A stretch of DNA of 64,000 nt, taken from Escherichia coli (GTDB lineage: Bacteria; Pseudomonadota; Gammaproteobacteria; Enterobacterales; Enterobacteriaceae). This document shows positions 45,822 to 58,345 of this stretch, piece after piece; position 1 is the stretch's first letter, and each line of letters begins with the position of its first letter. The notes beneath the pieces are model-generated. The model worked only from the letters and a program-made list of their open reading frames with translations, did not search any database and was not told where the DNA came from. The stretch lies in NCBI RefSeq assembly GCF_016903815.1, contig NZ_CP069973.1. One strand, 5' to 3'. A program made the translations under genes and the position numbers.

Positions 45822-47105
45822 TTAACGCTTAATGTCGCTTTTAAAGTCGCGTTTTTCATATCCTGTATACAGTTGACGCGGACGGGCAATCTTCATACCG
45901 TCACTGTGCATTTCGCTCCAGTGGGCGATCCAGCCAACGGTACGTGCCATAGCGAAGATCACGGTGAACATAGAAGACGGAATACCCATCGCTTTCAGGA
46001 TGATACCAGAGTAGAAATCGACGTTCGGGTAGAGTTTCTTCTCGATAAAGTACGGGTCGTTCAGCGCGATGTTTTCCAGCTCCATAGCCACTTCCAGCAG
46101 GTCATCTTTGGTACCCAGCTCTTTCAGCACTTCATGGCAGGTTTCACGCATTACGGTGGCGCGCGGGTCGTAATTTTTGTACACGCGGTGCCCGAAGCCC
46201 ATCAGGCGGAAAGAGTCATTTTTGTCTTTCGCACGACGAACAAATTCCGGAATGTGTTTAACGGAGCTGATTTCTTCCAGCATTTTCAGCGCCGCTTCGT
46301 TAGCACCACCGTGCGCAGGTCCCCACAGTGAAGCAATACCTGCTGCGATACAGGCAAACGGGTTCGCCCCCGAAGAGCCAGCGGTACGCACGGTGGAGGT
46401 GGAGGCGTTCTGTTCATGGTCAGCGTGCAGGATCAAAATACGGTCCATAGCACGTTCCAGAATCGGATTAACTTCATACGGTTCGCACGGCGTGGAGAAC
46501 ATCATATTCAGGAAGTTACCAGCATAGGAGAGATCGTTGCGCGGGTAAACAAATGGCTGACCAATGGAATACTTGTAACACATCGCGGCCATGGTCGGCA
46601 TTTTCGACAGCAGGCGGAACGCGGCAATTTCACGATGACGAGGATTGTTAACATCCAGCGAGTCGTGATAGAACGCCGCCAGCGCGCCGGTAATACCACA
46701 CATGACTGCCATTGGATGCGAGTCGCGACGGAAAGCATGGAACAGACGGGTAATCTGCTCGTGGATCATGGTATGACGGGTCACCGTAGTTTTAAATTCG
46801 TCATACTGTTCCTGCGTCGGTTTTTCACCATTCAGCAGGATGTAACAAACTTCCAGGTAGTTAGAATCGGTCGCCAGCTGATCGATCGGGAAACCGCGGT
46901 GCAGCAAAATACCTTCATCACCATCAATAAAAGTAATTTTAGATTCGCAGGATGCGGTTGAAGTGAAGCCTGGGTCAAAGGTGAACACACCTTTTGAACC
47001 GAGAGTACGGATATCAATAACATCTTGACCCAGCGTGCCTTTCAGCACATCCAGTTCAACAGCTGTGTCCCCGTTGAGGGTGAGTTTTGCTTTTGTATCA
47101 GCCAT
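45822..47105 (-). CDS. gltA: citrate synthase
   Basis: 427 aa [35 protein letters not shown]...; recognised as GltA. Confidence 0.95.
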   Translation of the reverse strand: MADTKAKLTLNGDTAVELDVLKGTLGQDVIDIRTLGSKGVFTFDPGFTSTASCESKITFIDGDEGILLHRGFPIDQLATDSNYLEVCYILLNGEKPTQEQYDEFKTTVTRHTMIHEQITRLFHAFRRDSHPMAVMCGITGALAAFYHDSLDVNNPRHREIAAFRLLSKMPTMAAMCYKYSIGQPFVYPRNDLSYAGNFLNMMFSTPCEPYEVNPILERAMDRILILHADHEQNASTSTVRTAGSSGANPFACIAAGIASLWGPAHGGANEAALKMLEEISSVKHIPEFVRRAKDKNDSFRLMGFGHRVYKNYDPRATVMRETCHEVLKELGTKDDLLEVAMELENIALNDPYFIEKKLYPNVDFYSGIILKAMGIPSSMFTVIFAMARTVGWIAHWSEMHSDGMKIARPRQLYTGYEKRDFKSDIKR

Positions 47106-47813
47106 TTAAGGTCTCCTTAGCGCCTTATTGCGTAAGACTGCCGGAACTTAAATTTGCCTTCGCACATCAACCTGGCTTTACCCGTTTGTTATTTGGCTCG
47201 CCGCTCTGTGAAAGAGGGGAAAACCTGGGTACAGAGCTCTGGGCGCTTGCAGGTAAAGGATCCATTGATGACGAATAAATGGCGAATCAAGTACTTAGCA
47301 ATCCGAATTATTAAACTTGTCTACCACTAATAACTGTCCCGAATGAATTGGTCAATACTTCCACACTGTTACATAAGTTAATCTTAGGTGAAATACCGAC
47401 TTCATAACTTTTACGCATTATATGCTTTTCCTGGTAATGTTTGTAACAACTTTGTTGAATGATTGTCAAATTAGATGATTAAAAATTAAATAAATGTTGT
47501 TATCGTGACCTGGATCACTGTTCAGGATAAAACCCGACAAACTATATGTAGGTTAATTGTAATGATTTTGTGAACGGCCTATACTGCCGCCAGGTCTCCG
47601 GAACACCCTGCAATCCCGAGCCACCCAGCGTTGTAACGTGTCGTTTTCGCATCTGGAAGCAGTGTTTTGCATGACGCGCAGTTATAGAAAGGACGCTGTC
47701 TGACCCGCAAGCAGACCGGAGGAAGGAAATCCCGACGTCTCCAGGTAACAGAAAGTTAACCTCTGTGCCCGTAGTCCCCAGGGAATAATAAGAACAGCAT
47801 GTGGGCGTTATTC
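47106..47813. promoter_or_regulatory. gltA-sdhC divergent control region including the long sdhC 5' leader
   Basis: 708 bp AT-rich spacer between divergent TCA-cycle genes; in E. coli this region carries the gltA and sdhC promoters with ArcA/CRP/Fnr sites and the small-RNA-targeted sdhC leader. Confidence 0.6.
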
Positions 47814-48203
47814 ATGATAAGAAATGTGAAAAAACAAAGACCTGTTAATCTGGACCTACAGACCATCCGGTTCCCCATCACGGCGATAGCGTCCATTCTC
47901 CATCGCGTTTCCGGTGTGATCACCTTTGTTGCAGTGGGCATCCTGCTGTGGCTTCTGGGTACCAGCCTCTCTTCCCCTGAAGGTTTCGAGCAAGCTTCCG
48001 CGATTATGGGCAGCTTCTTCGTCAAATTTATCATGTGGGGCATCCTTACCGCTCTGGCGTATCACGTCGTCGTAGGTATTCGCCACATGATGATGGATTT
48101 TGGCTATCTGGAAGAAACATTCGAAGCGGGTAAACGCTCCGCCAAAATCTCCTTTGTTATTACTGTCGTGCTTTCACTTCTCGCAGGAGTCCTCGTATGG
48201 TAA
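47814..48203 (+). CDS. sdhC: succinate dehydrogenase cytochrome b556 subunit
   Basis: 129 aa from [15 protein letters not shown]... Confidence 0.95.
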
Positions 48204-48544
48204 GCAACGCCTCCGCATTAGGACGCAATGGCGTACATGATTTCATCCTCGTTCGCGCTACCGCTATCGTCCTGACGCTCTACATCATTTATATGGTCGG
48301 TTTTTTCGCTATCAGTGGCGAGCTGACATATGAAGTCTGGATCGGTTTCTTCGCCTCTGCGTTCACCAAAGTGTTCACCCTGCTGGCGCTGTTTTCTATC
48401 TTGATCCATGCCTGGATCGGCATGTGGCAGGTGTTGACCGACTACGTTAAACCGCTGGCCTTGCGCCTGATGCTGCAACTGGTGATTGTCGTTGCTCTGG
48501 TGGTTTACGTGATTTATGGATTCGTTGTGGTGTGGGGTGTGTGA
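48197..48544 (+). CDS. sdhD: succinate dehydrogenase membrane anchor subunit
   Basis: 115 aa; overlaps sdhC and sdhA. Confidence 0.95.
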   Translation: MVSNASALGRNGVHDFILVRATAIVLTLYIIYMVGFFAISGELTYEVWIGFFASAFTKVFTLLALFSILIHAWIGMWQVLTDYVKPLALRLMLQLVIVVALVVYVIYGFVVVWGV

Positions 48545-50310
48545 TGAAATTGCCAGTCAGAGAATTTGATGCAGTTGTGATTGGTGCCGGTGGCGCAGGT
48601 ATGCGCGCGGCGCTGCAAATTTCCCAGAGCGGTCAGACCTGTGCGCTGCTCTCTAAAGTCTTCCCGACCCGTTCCCATACCGTTTCTGCGCAAGGCGGCA
48701 TTACCGTTGCGCTGGGTAATACCCATGAAGATAACTGGGAATGGCATATGTACGACACCGTAAAAGGTTCGGACTATATCGGTGACCAGGACGCGATTGA
48801 ATATATGTGTAAAACTGGGCCGGAAGCGATTCTGGAACTGGAACATATGGGCCTGCCGTTCTCGCGTCTTGATGATGGTCGTATCTATCAACGTCCGTTT
48901 GGCGGTCAGTCGAAAAACTTCGGCGGCGAGCAGGCGGCACGCACTGCGGCGGCTGCTGACCGTACCGGTCACGCACTGTTGCACACGCTTTATCAGCAGA
49001 ACCTGAAAAACCACACCACTATTTTCTCCGAGTGGTATGCGCTGGATCTGGTGAAAAACCAGGATGGCGCGGTGGTGGGTTGTACTGCACTGTGCATCGA
49101 AACTGGTGAAGTGGTTTATTTCAAAGCCCGCGCTACCGTGCTGGCGACTGGCGGGGCAGGGCGTATTTATCAGTCCACCACTAACGCCCACATTAACACT
49201 GGCGACGGTGTCGGCATGGCTATCCGTGCAGGCGTACCGGTGCAGGATATGGAAATGTGGCAGTTCCACCCGACCGGTATTGCAGGTGCGGGCGTCCTGG
49301 TCACCGAAGGTTGCCGTGGTGAAGGCGGTTATCTGCTGAACAAACATGGCGAACGCTTTATGGAGCGTTATGCGCCGAACGCCAAAGACCTGGCGGGCCG
49401 TGACGTGGTGGCGCGTTCCATCATGATCGAAATCCGTGAAGGTCGCGGCTGTGATGGTCCGTGGGGGCCACACGCAAAACTGAAACTTGACCATCTGGGT
49501 AAAGAAGTTCTTGAATCCCGTCTGCCGGGTATCCTGGAACTCTCCCGCACCTTCGCTCACGTTGATCCGGTGAAAGAGCCGATTCCGGTTATCCCAACCT
49601 GTCACTACATGATGGGCGGAATTCCGACTAAAGTGACCGGTCAGGCGCTGACGGTGAACGAGAAAGGCGAAGATGTGGTGGTTCCGGGGCTGTTCGCGGT
49701 AGGTGAAATTGCCTGCGTATCGGTACACGGCGCTAACCGTCTTGGCGGTAACTCGCTGCTGGACCTGGTGGTCTTTGGTCGCGCAGCGGGTCTGCATCTG
49801 CAAGAGTCTATTGCCGAGCAGGGCGCACTGCGCGATGCCAGCGAGTCTGATGTAGAAGCGTCTCTGGATCGCCTGAATCGCTGGAACAACAACCGTAACG
49901 GTGAAGATCCGGTGGCGATCCGTAAAGCACTGCAAGAATGTATGCAGCATAACTTCTCGGTCTTCCGTGAAGGTGATGCGATGGCGAAAGGGCTTGAGCA
50001 GTTGAAAGTTATCCGCGAGCGTCTGAAAAATGCCCGTCTGGATGACACTTCCAGCGAGTTCAACACCCAGCGTGTTGAGTGCCTGGAACTGGATAACCTG
50101 ATGGAAACGGCGTATGCAACAGCTGTTTCTGCCAACTTCCGTACCGAAAGCCGTGGCGCGCATAGCCGCTTCGATTTCCCGGATCGTGATGATGAAAACT
50201 GGCTGTGCCACTCCCTGTATCTGCCAGAGTCGGAATCCATGACGCGCCGAAGCGTCAACATGGAACCGAAACTGCGCCCGGCATTCCCGCCGAAGATTCG
50301 TACTTACTAA
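48544..50310 (+). CDS. sdhA: succinate dehydrogenase flavoprotein subunit
   Basis: 588 aa from [24 protein letters not shown] (FAD-binding GxGxxG); ATG overlaps the sdhD stop (TGATG). Confidence 0.95.
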   Translation: MKLPVREFDAVVIGAGGAGMRAALQISQSGQTCALLSKVFPTRSHTVSAQGGITVALGNTHEDNWEWHMYDTVKGSDYIGDQDAIEYMCKTGPEAILELEHMGLPFSRLDDGRIYQRPFGGQSKNFGGEQAARTAAAADRTGHALLHTLYQQNLKNHTTIFSEWYALDLVKNQDGAVVGCTALCIETGEVVYFKARATVLATGGAGRIYQSTTNAHINTGDGVGMAIRAGVPVQDMEMWQFHPTGIAGAGVLVTEGCRGEGGYLLNKHGERFMERYAPNAKDLAGRDVVARSIMIEIREGRGCDGPWGPHAKLKLDHLGKEVLESRLPGILELSRTFAHVDPVKEPIPVIPTCHYMMGGIPTKVTGQALTVNEKGEDVVVPGLFAVGEIACVSVHGANRLGGNSLLDLVVFGRAAGLHLQESIAEQGALRDASESDVEASLDRLNRWNNNRNGEDPVAIRKALQECMQHNFSVFREGDAMAKGLEQLKVIRERLKNARLDDTSSEFNTQRVECLELDNLMETAYATAVSANFRTESRGAHSRFDFPDRDDENWLCHSLYLPESESMTRRSVNMEPKLRPAFPPKIRTY

Positions 50311-50325
50311 TGCGGAGACAGGAAA

Positions 50326-51042
50326 ATGAGACTCGAGTTTTCAATTTATCGCTATAACCCGGATGTTGATGATGCTCCGCGTATGCAGGATTACACCCTG
50401 GAAGCGGATGAAGGTCGCGACATGATGCTGCTGGATGCGCTTATCCAGCTGAAAGAGAAAGATCCCAGCCTGTCGTTCCGCCGTTCCTGCCGTGAAGGTG
50501 TGTGCGGTTCCGACGGTCTGAACATGAACGGCAAGAATGGTCTGGCCTGTATTACCCCGATTTCGGCACTCAACCAGCCGGGCAAGAAGATTGTGATTCG
50601 CCCGCTGCCAGGTTTACCGGTGATCCGCGATTTGGTGGTAGACATGGGACAATTCTATGCGCAATATGAGAAAATTAAGCCTTACCTGTTGAATAATGGA
50701 CAAAATCCGCCAGCTCGCGAGCATTTACAGATGCCAGAGCAGCGCGAAAAACTCGACGGGCTGTATGAATGTATTCTCTGCGCATGTTGTTCAACCTCTT
50801 GTCCGTCTTTCTGGTGGAATCCCGATAAGTTTATCGGCCCGGCAGGTTTGTTAGCGGCATATCGTTTCCTGATTGATAGCCGTGATACCGAGACTGACAG
50901 TCGCCTTGACGGTTTGAGTGATGCATTCAGCGTATTCCGCTGTCACAGCATCATGAACTGCGTCAGTGTATGTCCGAAGGGGCTGAACCCGACGCGCGCC
51001 ATCGGGCATATCAAGTCGATGTTGTTGCAGCGTAATGCGTAA
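50326..51042 (+). CDS. sdhB: succinate dehydrogenase iron-sulfur subunit
   Basis: 238 aa with Cys clusters for the 2Fe-2S, 4Fe-4S and 3Fe-4S centres. Confidence 0.95.
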   Translation: MRLEFSIYRYNPDVDDAPRMQDYTLEADEGRDMMLLDALIQLKEKDPSLSFRRSCREGVCGSDGLNMNGKNGLACITPISALNQPGKKIVIRPLPGLPVIRDLVVDMGQFYAQYEKIKPYLLNNGQNPPAREHLQMPEQREKLDGLYECILCACCSTSCPSFWWNPDKFIGPAGLLAAYRFLIDSRDTETDSRLDGLSDAFSVFRCHSIMNCVSVCPKGLNPTRAIGHIKSMLLQRNA

Positions 51043-51241
51043 TTAAATGTTGATGCCGGGGAAATCCCCGGCTATTCAGGAAATCTTTAAAAACTGCCCC
51101 TGACACTAAGACAGTTTTTAAAGGTTCCTTCGCGAGCCACTACGTAGACAAGAGCTCGCAAGTGAACCCCGGCACGCACATCACTGTGCGTGGTAGTATC
51201 CACGGCGAAGTAAGCATAAAAAAGATGCTTAAGGGATCACG

Positions 51242-54043
51242 ATGCAGAACAGCGCTTTGAAAGCCTGGTTGGACTCTTCTTACCTCTCTGGCGCAAACCA
51301 GAGCTGGATAGAACAGCTCTATGAAGACTTCTTAACCGATCCTGACTCGGTTGACGCTAACTGGCGTTCGACGTTCCAGCAGTTACCTGGTACGGGAGTC
51401 AAACCGGATCAATTCCACTCTCAAACGCGTGAATATTTCCGCCGCCTGGCGAAAGACGCTTCACGTTACTCTTCAACGATCTCCGACCCTGACACCAATG
51501 TGAAGCAGGTTAAAGTCCTGCAGCTCATTAACGCATACCGCTTCCGTGGTCACCAGCATGCGAATCTCGATCCGCTGGGACTGTGGCAGCAAGATAAAGT
51601 GGCCGATCTAGATCCGTCTTTCCACGATCTGACCGAAGCAGACTTCCAGGAGACCTTCAACGTCGGTTCATTTGCCAGCGGCAAAGAAACCATGAAACTC
51701 GGCGAGCTGCTGGAAGCCCTCAAGCAAACCTACTGCGGCCCGATTGGTGCCGAGTATATGCACATTACCAGCACCGAAGAAAAACGCTGGATCCAACAGC
51801 GTATCGAGTCTGGTCGCGCGACTTTCAATAGCGAAGAGAAAAAACGCTTCTTAAGCGAACTGACCGCCGCTGAAGGCCTTGAACGTTACCTCGGTGCAAA
51901 ATTCCCTGGCGCAAAACGCTTCTCGCTGGAAGGCGGTGACGCGTTAATCCCGATGCTTAAAGAGATGATCCGCCACGCTGGCAACAGCGGCACCCGTGAA
52001 GTGGTTCTCGGGATGGCGCACCGTGGTCGTCTGAACGTGCTGGTGAACGTGCTGGGTAAAAAACCGCAAGACTTGTTCGACGAGTTTGCCGGTAAACATA
52101 AAGAACACCTCGGCACGGGTGACGTGAAATACCACATGGGCTTCTCGTCTGACTTCCAGACCGATGGCGGCCTGGTGCATCTGGCGCTGGCGTTTAACCC
52201 GTCTCACCTTGAGATTGTCAGCCCGGTAGTTATCGGTTCTGTTCGTGCCCGTCTGGACAGACTCGATGAGCCGAGCAGCAACAAAGTGCTGCCAATCACC
52301 ATCCACGGTGACGCCGCAGTGACCGGGCAGGGCGTAGTTCAGGAAACCCTGAACATGTCGAAAGCGCGTGGTTATGAAGTTGGCGGTACGGTACGTATCG
52401 TTATCAACAACCAGGTTGGCTTCACCACCTCTAATCCGCTGGATGCTCGTTCTACACCGTACTGTACTGATATCGGTAAGATGGTTCAGGCACCGATTTT
52501 CCACGTAAACGCGGATGATCCGGAAGCCGTTGCTTTTGTGACCCGTCTGGCGCTCGATTTCCGTAACACCTTTAAACGTGATGTCTTTATCGACCTGGTA
52601 TGCTACCGCCGTCACGGCCACAACGAAGCCGACGAGCCGAGCGCAACCCAGCCGCTGATGTATCAGAAAATCAAAAAACATCCGACGCCGCGCAAAATCT
52701 ACGCTGACAAGCTGGAGCAGGAAAAAGTCGCGACGCTGGAAGATGCCACCGAGATGGTTAACCTGTACCGCGATGCGCTGGATGCTGGCGATTGCGTAGT
52801 GGCAGAGTGGCGTCCGATGAACATGCACTCTTTCACCTGGTCGCCGTACCTCAACCACGAATGGGACGAAGAGTACCCGAACAAAGTTGAGATGAAGCGC
52901 CTGCAGGAACTGGCTAAACGCATCAGCACGGTGCCGGAAGCAGTTGAAATGCAGTCTCGCGTTGCCAAGATTTATGGCGATCGCCAGGCGATGGCAGCCG
53001 GTGAGAAACTGTTCGACTGGGGCGGCGCGGAAAACCTTGCTTACGCCACGCTGGTTGACGAAGGCATTCCGGTTCGCCTGTCGGGTGAAGACTCCGGTCG
53101 CGGTACCTTCTTCCACCGCCACGCGGTGATCCACAACCAGTCTAACGGTTCCACTTACACGCCGCTGCAACACATCCATAACGGCCAGGGCGCGTTCCGT
53201 GTCTGGGACTCCGTACTGTCTGAAGAAGCAGTGCTGGCGTTTGAATACGGTTATGCCACCGCAGAACCACGCACTCTGACTATCTGGGAAGCACAGTTCG
53301 GTGACTTCGCTAACGGTGCTCAGGTGGTTATCGACCAGTTCATCTCCTCTGGCGAGCAGAAATGGGGCCGGATGTGTGGCCTGGTGATGTTGCTGCCGCA
53401 CGGTTACGAAGGGCAGGGACCGGAGCACTCCTCCGCGCGTCTGGAACGTTATCTGCAACTTTGCGCTGAGCAAAACATGCAGGTGTGCGTACCGTCTACC
53501 CCGGCACAGGTTTACCACATGCTGCGTCGTCAGGCGTTGCGCGGGATGCGTCGTCCACTGGTCGTGATGTCGCCGAAATCCCTGCTGCGTCATCCGCTGG
53601 CGGTATCCAGCCTCGAAGAACTGGCGAACGGCACCTTCCTGCCAGCCATCGGTGAAATCGACGAGCTTGATCCGAAGGGCGTGAAGCGCGTAGTGATGTG
53701 TTCTGGTAAGGTTTATTACGACCTGCTGGAACAACGTCGTAAGAACAATCAACACGATGTCGCCATTGTGCGTATCGAGCAACTCTACCCGTTCCCGCAT
53801 AAAGCGATGCAGGAAGTGTTGCTGCAGTTTGCTCACGTCAAGGATTTTGTCTGGTGCCAGGAAGAGCCGCTCAACCAGGGCGCATGGTACTGCAGCCAGC
53901 ATCATTTCCGTGAAGTGATTCCGTTTGGGGCTTCTCTGCGTTATGCAGGCCGCCCGGCCTCCGCCTCTCCGGCGGTAGGGTATATGTCCGTTCACCAGAA
54001 ACAGCAACAAGATCTGGTTAATGACGCGCTGAACGTCGAATAA
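51242..54043 (+). CDS. sucA: 2-oxoglutarate dehydrogenase E1 component
   Basis: 933 aa; recognised as SucA. Confidence 0.95.
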   Translation: MQNSALKAWLDSSYLSGANQSWIEQLYEDFLTDPDSVDANWRSTFQQLPGTGVKPDQFHSQTREYFRRLAKDASRYSSTISDPDTNVKQVKVLQLINAYRFRGHQHANLDPLGLWQQDKVADLDPSFHDLTEADFQETFNVGSFASGKETMKLGELLEALKQTYCGPIGAEYMHITSTEEKRWIQQRIESGRATFNSEEKKRFLSELTAAEGLERYLGAKFPGAKRFSLEGGDALIPMLKEMIRHAGNSGTREVVLGMAHRGRLNVLVNVLGKKPQDLFDEFAGKHKEHLGTGDVKYHMGFSSDFQTDGGLVHLALAFNPSHLEIVSPVVIGSVRARLDRLDEPSSNKVLPITIHGDAAVTGQGVVQETLNMSKARGYEVGGTVRIVINNQVGFTTSNPLDARSTPYCTDIGKMVQAPIFHVNADDPEAVAFVTRLALDFRNTFKRDVFIDLVCYRRHGHNEADEPSATQPLMYQKIKKHPTPRKIYADKLEQEKVATLEDATEMVNLYRDALDAGDCVVAEWRPMNMHSFTWSPYLNHEWDEEYPNKVEMKRLQELAKRISTVPEAVEMQSRVAKIYGDRQAMAAGEKLFDWGGAENLAYATLVDEGIPVRLSGEDSGRGTFFHRHAVIHNQSNGSTYTPLQHIHNGQGAFRVWDSVLSEEAVLAFEYGYATAEPRTLTIWEAQFGDFANGAQVVIDQFISSGEQKWGRMCGLVMLLPHGYEGQGPEHSSARLERYLQLCAEQNMQVCVPSTPAQVYHMLRRQALRGMRRPLVVMSPKSLLRHPLAVSSLEELANGTFLPAIGEIDELDPKGVKRVVMCSGKVYYDLLEQRRKNNQHDVAIVRIEQLYPFPHKAMQEVLLQFAHVKDFVWCQEEPLNQGAWYCSQHHFREVIPFGASLRYAGRPASASPAVGYMSVHQKQQQDLVNDALNVE

Positions 54044-54057
54044 ATAAAGGATACACA

Positions 54058-55275
54058 ATGAGTAGCGTAGATATTCTGGTCCCTGACCTGCCTGAATCCG
54101 TAGCCGATGCCACCGTCGCAACCTGGCATAAAAAACCCGGCGACGCAGTCGTACGTGATGAAGTGCTGGTAGAAATCGAAACTGACAAAGTGGTACTGGA
54201 AGTACCGGCATCAGCAGACGGCATTCTGGATGCGGTTCTGGAAGATGAAGGTACAACGGTAACGTCTCGTCAGATCCTTGGTCGCCTGCGTGAAGGCAAC
54301 AGCGCCGGTAAAGAAACCAGCGCCAAATCTGAAGAGAAAGCGTCCACTCCGGCGCAACGCCAGCAGGCGTCTCTGGAAGAGCAAAACAACGATGCGTTAA
54401 GCCCGGCGATCCGTCGCCTGCTGGCTGAACACAACCTCGACGCCAGCGCCATTAAAGGCACCGGTGTGGGTGGTCGTCTGACTCGTGAAGATGTGGAAAA
54501 ACATCTGGCGAAAGCCCCGGCGAAAGAGTCTGCTCCGGCAGCGGCTGCTCCGGCGGCGCAACCGGCTCTGGCTGCACGTAGCGAAAAACGTGTGCCGATG
54601 ACTCGCCTGCGTAAGCGTGTGGCAGAGCGTCTGCTGGAAGCGAAAAACTCCACCGCTATGCTGACCACGTTCAACGAAGTCAACATGAAGCCGATTATGG
54701 ATCTGCGTAAGCAGTACGGTGAAGCGTTTGAAAAACGTCACGGTATTCGTCTGGGCTTTATGTCCTTCTACGTGAAAGCGGTGGTTGAAGCCCTGAAACG
54801 TTACCCGGAAGTGAACGCGTCTATCGACGGCGATGATGTGGTTTACCACAACTATTTCGACGTCAGCATGGCGGTTTCTACGCCGCGCGGCCTGGTGACG
54901 CCGGTACTGCGTGATGTCGATACCCTAGGCATGGCAGACATCGAGAAGAAAATCAAAGAGCTGGCAGTTAAAGGCCGTGACGGCAAGCTGACCGTTGAAG
55001 ATCTGACCGGTGGTAACTTCACCATCACCAACGGTGGTGTGTTCGGTTCCCTGATGTCTACGCCGATCATCAACCCGCCGCAGAGCGCAATTCTGGGTAT
55101 GCACGCTATCAAAGATCGTCCGATGGCGGTGAATGGTCAGGTTGAGATCCTGCCGATGATGTACCTGGCGCTGTCCTACGATCACCGTCTGATCGATGGT
55201 CGCGAATCCGTGGGCTTCCTGGTAACGATCAAAGAGTTGCTGGAAGATCCGACGCGTCTGCTGCTGGACGTGTAG
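54058..55275 (+). CDS. sucB: dihydrolipoyllysine-residue succinyltransferase (E2)
   Basis: 405 aa; lipoyl domain (ETDKVVLEV), Ala/Pro linker and catalytic domain (DHRLIDG). Confidence 0.95.
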
Positions 55276-55368
55276 TAGTTTAAGCTTCACCTGCACTGTA
55301 GACCGACGTGGATAGGGTGTCGGTCTACGGTTTAAAAGATAACGATTACTGAAGGATGGACAGAACAC

Positions 55369-56535
55369 ATGAACTTACATGAATATCAGGCAAAACAACT
55401 TTTTGCCCGCTATGGCTTACCAGCACCGGTGGGTTATGCCTGTACTACTCCGCGCGAAGCAGAAGAAGCCGCTTCAAAAATCGGTGCCGGTCCGTGGGTA
55501 GTGAAATGTCAGGTTCACGCTGGTGGCCGCGGTAAAGCGGGCGGTGTGAAAGTTGTAAACAGCAAAGAAGACATCCGTGCTTTTGCAGAAAACTGGCTGG
55601 GCAAGCGTCTGGTAACGTATCAAACAGATGCCAATGGCCAACCGGTTAACCAGATTCTGGTTGAAGCAGCGACCGATATCGCTAAAGAGCTGTATCTCGG
55701 TGCCGTTGTTGACCGTAGTTCCCGTCGTGTGGTCTTTATGGCCTCCACCGAAGGCGGCGTGGAAATCGAAAAAGTGGCGGAAGAAACTCCGCACCTGATC
55801 CATAAAGTTGCGCTTGATCCGCTGACTGGCCCGATGCCGTATCAGGGACGCGAGCTGGCGTTCAAACTGGGTCTGGAAGGTAAACTGGTTCAGCAGTTCA
55901 CCAAAATCTTCATGGGCCTGGCGACCATTTTCCTGGAGCGCGACCTGGCGCTGATCGAAATCAACCCACTGGTCATCACCAAACAGGGCGATCTGATTTG
56001 CCTCGACGGCAAACTGGGCGCTGATGGCAACGCACTGTTCCGCCAGCCTGATCTGCGCGAAATGCGTGACCAGTCGCAGGAAGATCCGCGTGAAGCACAG
56101 GCTGCACAGTGGGAACTGAACTACGTTGCGCTGGACGGTAACATCGGTTGTATGGTTAACGGCGCAGGTCTGGCGATGGGTACGATGGACATCGTTAAAC
56201 TGCACGGCGGCGAACCAGCTAACTTCCTGGACGTTGGCGGCGGCGCAACCAAAGAACGTGTAACCGAAGCGTTCAAAATCATCCTCTCTGACGACAAAGT
56301 GAAAGCCGTTCTGGTTAACATCTTCGGCGGTATCGTTCGTTGCGACCTGATCGCTGACGGTATCATCGGCGCGGTAGCGGAAGTGGGTGTTAACGTACCG
56401 GTCGTGGTACGTCTGGAAGGTAACAACGCCGAACTCGGCGCGAAGAAACTGGCTGACAGCGGCCTGAATATTATTGCAGCAAAAGGTCTGACGGATGCAG
56501 CTCAGCAGGTTGTTGCCGCAGTGGAGGGGAAATAA
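55369..56535 (+). CDS. sucC: succinyl-CoA synthetase beta subunit
   Basis: 388 aa [18 protein letters not shown]... Confidence 0.95.
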
Positions 56536-57404
56536 TGTCCATTTTAATTGATAAAAACACCAAGGTTATCTGCCAGGGCTTTACCGGTAGCCAGGGGACT
56601 TTCCACTCAGAACAGGCCATTGCATACGGCACTAAAATGGTTGGCGGCGTAACCCCAGGTAAAGGCGGCACCACCCACCTCGGCCTGCCGGTGTTCAACA
56701 CCGTGCGTGAAGCTGTTGCTGCTACTGGCGCTACCGCTTCTGTTATCTACGTACCAGCACCGTTCTGCAAAGACTCCATTCTGGAAGCCATCGATGCAGG
56801 CATCAAACTGATTATCACCATCACTGAAGGCATCCCGACGCTGGATATGCTGACTGTGAAAGTGAAACTGGACGAAGCTGGCGTTCGTATGATCGGCCCG
56901 AACTGCCCAGGCGTTATCACTCCGGGTGAATGCAAAATCGGTATCCAGCCTGGTCACATTCACAAACCGGGTAAAGTGGGTATCGTTTCCCGTTCCGGTA
57001 CACTGACCTATGAAGCGGTTAAACAGACCACGGATTACGGTTTCGGTCAGTCGACCTGTGTTGGTATCGGCGGCGATCCGATCCCTGGCTCTAACTTTAT
57101 CGACATTCTCGAAATGTTCGAAAAAGATCCGCAGACCGAAGCGATCGTGATGATCGGTGAGATCGGCGGTAGCGCTGAAGAAGAAGCGGCTGCGTACATC
57201 AAAGAGCACGTTACCAAGCCAGTTGTAGGTTACATCGCTGGTGTGACTGCGCCGAAAGGCAAACGTATGGGCCACGCAGGTGCCATCATTGCCGGTGGTA
57301 AAGGGACTGCGGATGAGAAATTCGCTGCTCTGGAAGCCGCAGGCGTGAAAACCGTTCGCAGCCTGGCGGATATCGGTGAAGCACTGAAAACTGTTCTGAA
57401 ATAA
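56535..57404 (+). CDS. sucD: succinyl-CoA synthetase alpha subunit
   Basis: 289 aa; ATG overlaps the sucC stop (TAATG). Confidence 0.95.
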
Positions 57405-57504
57405 ATATCTGTAATAAGAAATAGCCCTCGCCGCTTCCCTCTACAGGAATGGCGAAGGGCTGTCGGTTTCGACATGGTTGGCCATCGTATGATGGCCTTT
57501 TTTA
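57405..57504 (+). ncRNA. sdhX: SdhX (RybD) small RNA derived from the sucD 3' UTR
   Basis: About 100 nt from the sucD stop to an intrinsic terminator (ggccatcgtatgatggcc plus T-run); position matches the known 3'-UTR sRNA of the sdh-suc operon. Exact ends not determinable from sequence. Confidence 0.6.
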
Positions 57505-57507
57505 TGC

Positions 57508-58230
57508 TTATCGCGATGATTTTCGCTGCGCTATCAGGGTAAATTTATAGTCATCAGTATTAAAAGCGTTGCGGCTATATTCAAACACCCGGCCATCAAC
57601 TAAATATCCACGCGATACTTTTTCAAGAATCGGCTTAGACTGGCTGATATTAAGCAGACGGCTCATCTCTTCGGTTGGCATCAGAGGAATGATTTCCTGT
57701 TCGCTACGATCGATAACCATTTTCTTCACTTCTTCAATAAAGTGATATTTCGAATTTTCCATAACCTGCCAGGTGAGATCCGGGAACAACGCAAGCGGCA
57801 TCCAGGTTTCTTCCAGCGCCATTGGCTTTTGCTTGCGATAGCGCACGCGCTTCACATGCCACACACGATCCTGCGCGATGATTTGTAGCTGTTGCTGAAG
57901 AAAATCGTCAGCCGGAATCACTTCAAATATCAGAACTTCACTGTGTGTATCGACGTGACGGTCCGACAGTTTTTCATCAAAACTGGTTAACTGAAAAATA
58001 TCGTAATTGACCCGCTCTTCTTTGACGTAAGTCCCGCTGCCCTGAATGCTTTCGAGGATCTGTTGCTCGACTAGCTGGCGCAAAGCCTGACGCACCGTAA
58101 CCCGGCTGACGCCAAACTTTGTTTGCAATGCCGATTCGGTAGGTAACGCATCGCCAGGTTTTAGCTCGCCACGCGCAATTTGCTCACGAATGCGATCGGC
58201 AATCTGTCGATATAAGGGTTTCCGTCCCAT
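57508..58230 (-). CDS. mngR: GntR/HutC-family transcriptional repressor MngR (FarR)
   Basis: 240 aa; N-terminal winged helix-turn-helix (VSRVTVRQAL) and UTRA effector domain. Confidence 0.9.
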   Translation of the reverse strand: MGRKPLYRQIADRIREQIARGELKPGDALPTESALQTKFGVSRVTVRQALRQLVEQQILESIQGSGTYVKEERVNYDIFQLTSFDEKLSDRHVDTHSEVLIFEVIPADDFLQQQLQIIAQDRVWHVKRVRYRKQKPMALEETWMPLALFPDLTWQVMENSKYHFIEEVKKMVIDRSEQEIIPLMPTEEMSRLLNISQSKPILEKVSRGYLVDGRVFEYSRNAFNTDDYKFTLIAQRKSSR

Positions 58231-58345
58231 TATTTAGCATCTCATTAATACGAATTTAGCCATTATGCACGATAAATTCATCCTGTAAATAATACAAATA
58301 CAATACAAATAATTTCAATCAAGTGAAATTGATCACATAATAGTA

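Noticed and set aside
48514-50211. 565 aa ORF antisense to sdhA
   Set aside because: Shadow frame opposite a conserved flavoprotein gene; no recognisable motifs.
51944-54256. 770 aa open reading frame antisense to sucA/sucB
   Set aside because: It lies entirely opposite two well-supported, highly conserved genes; long shadow ORFs arise from codon bias on the sense strand, and there is no independent start context or domain signal.
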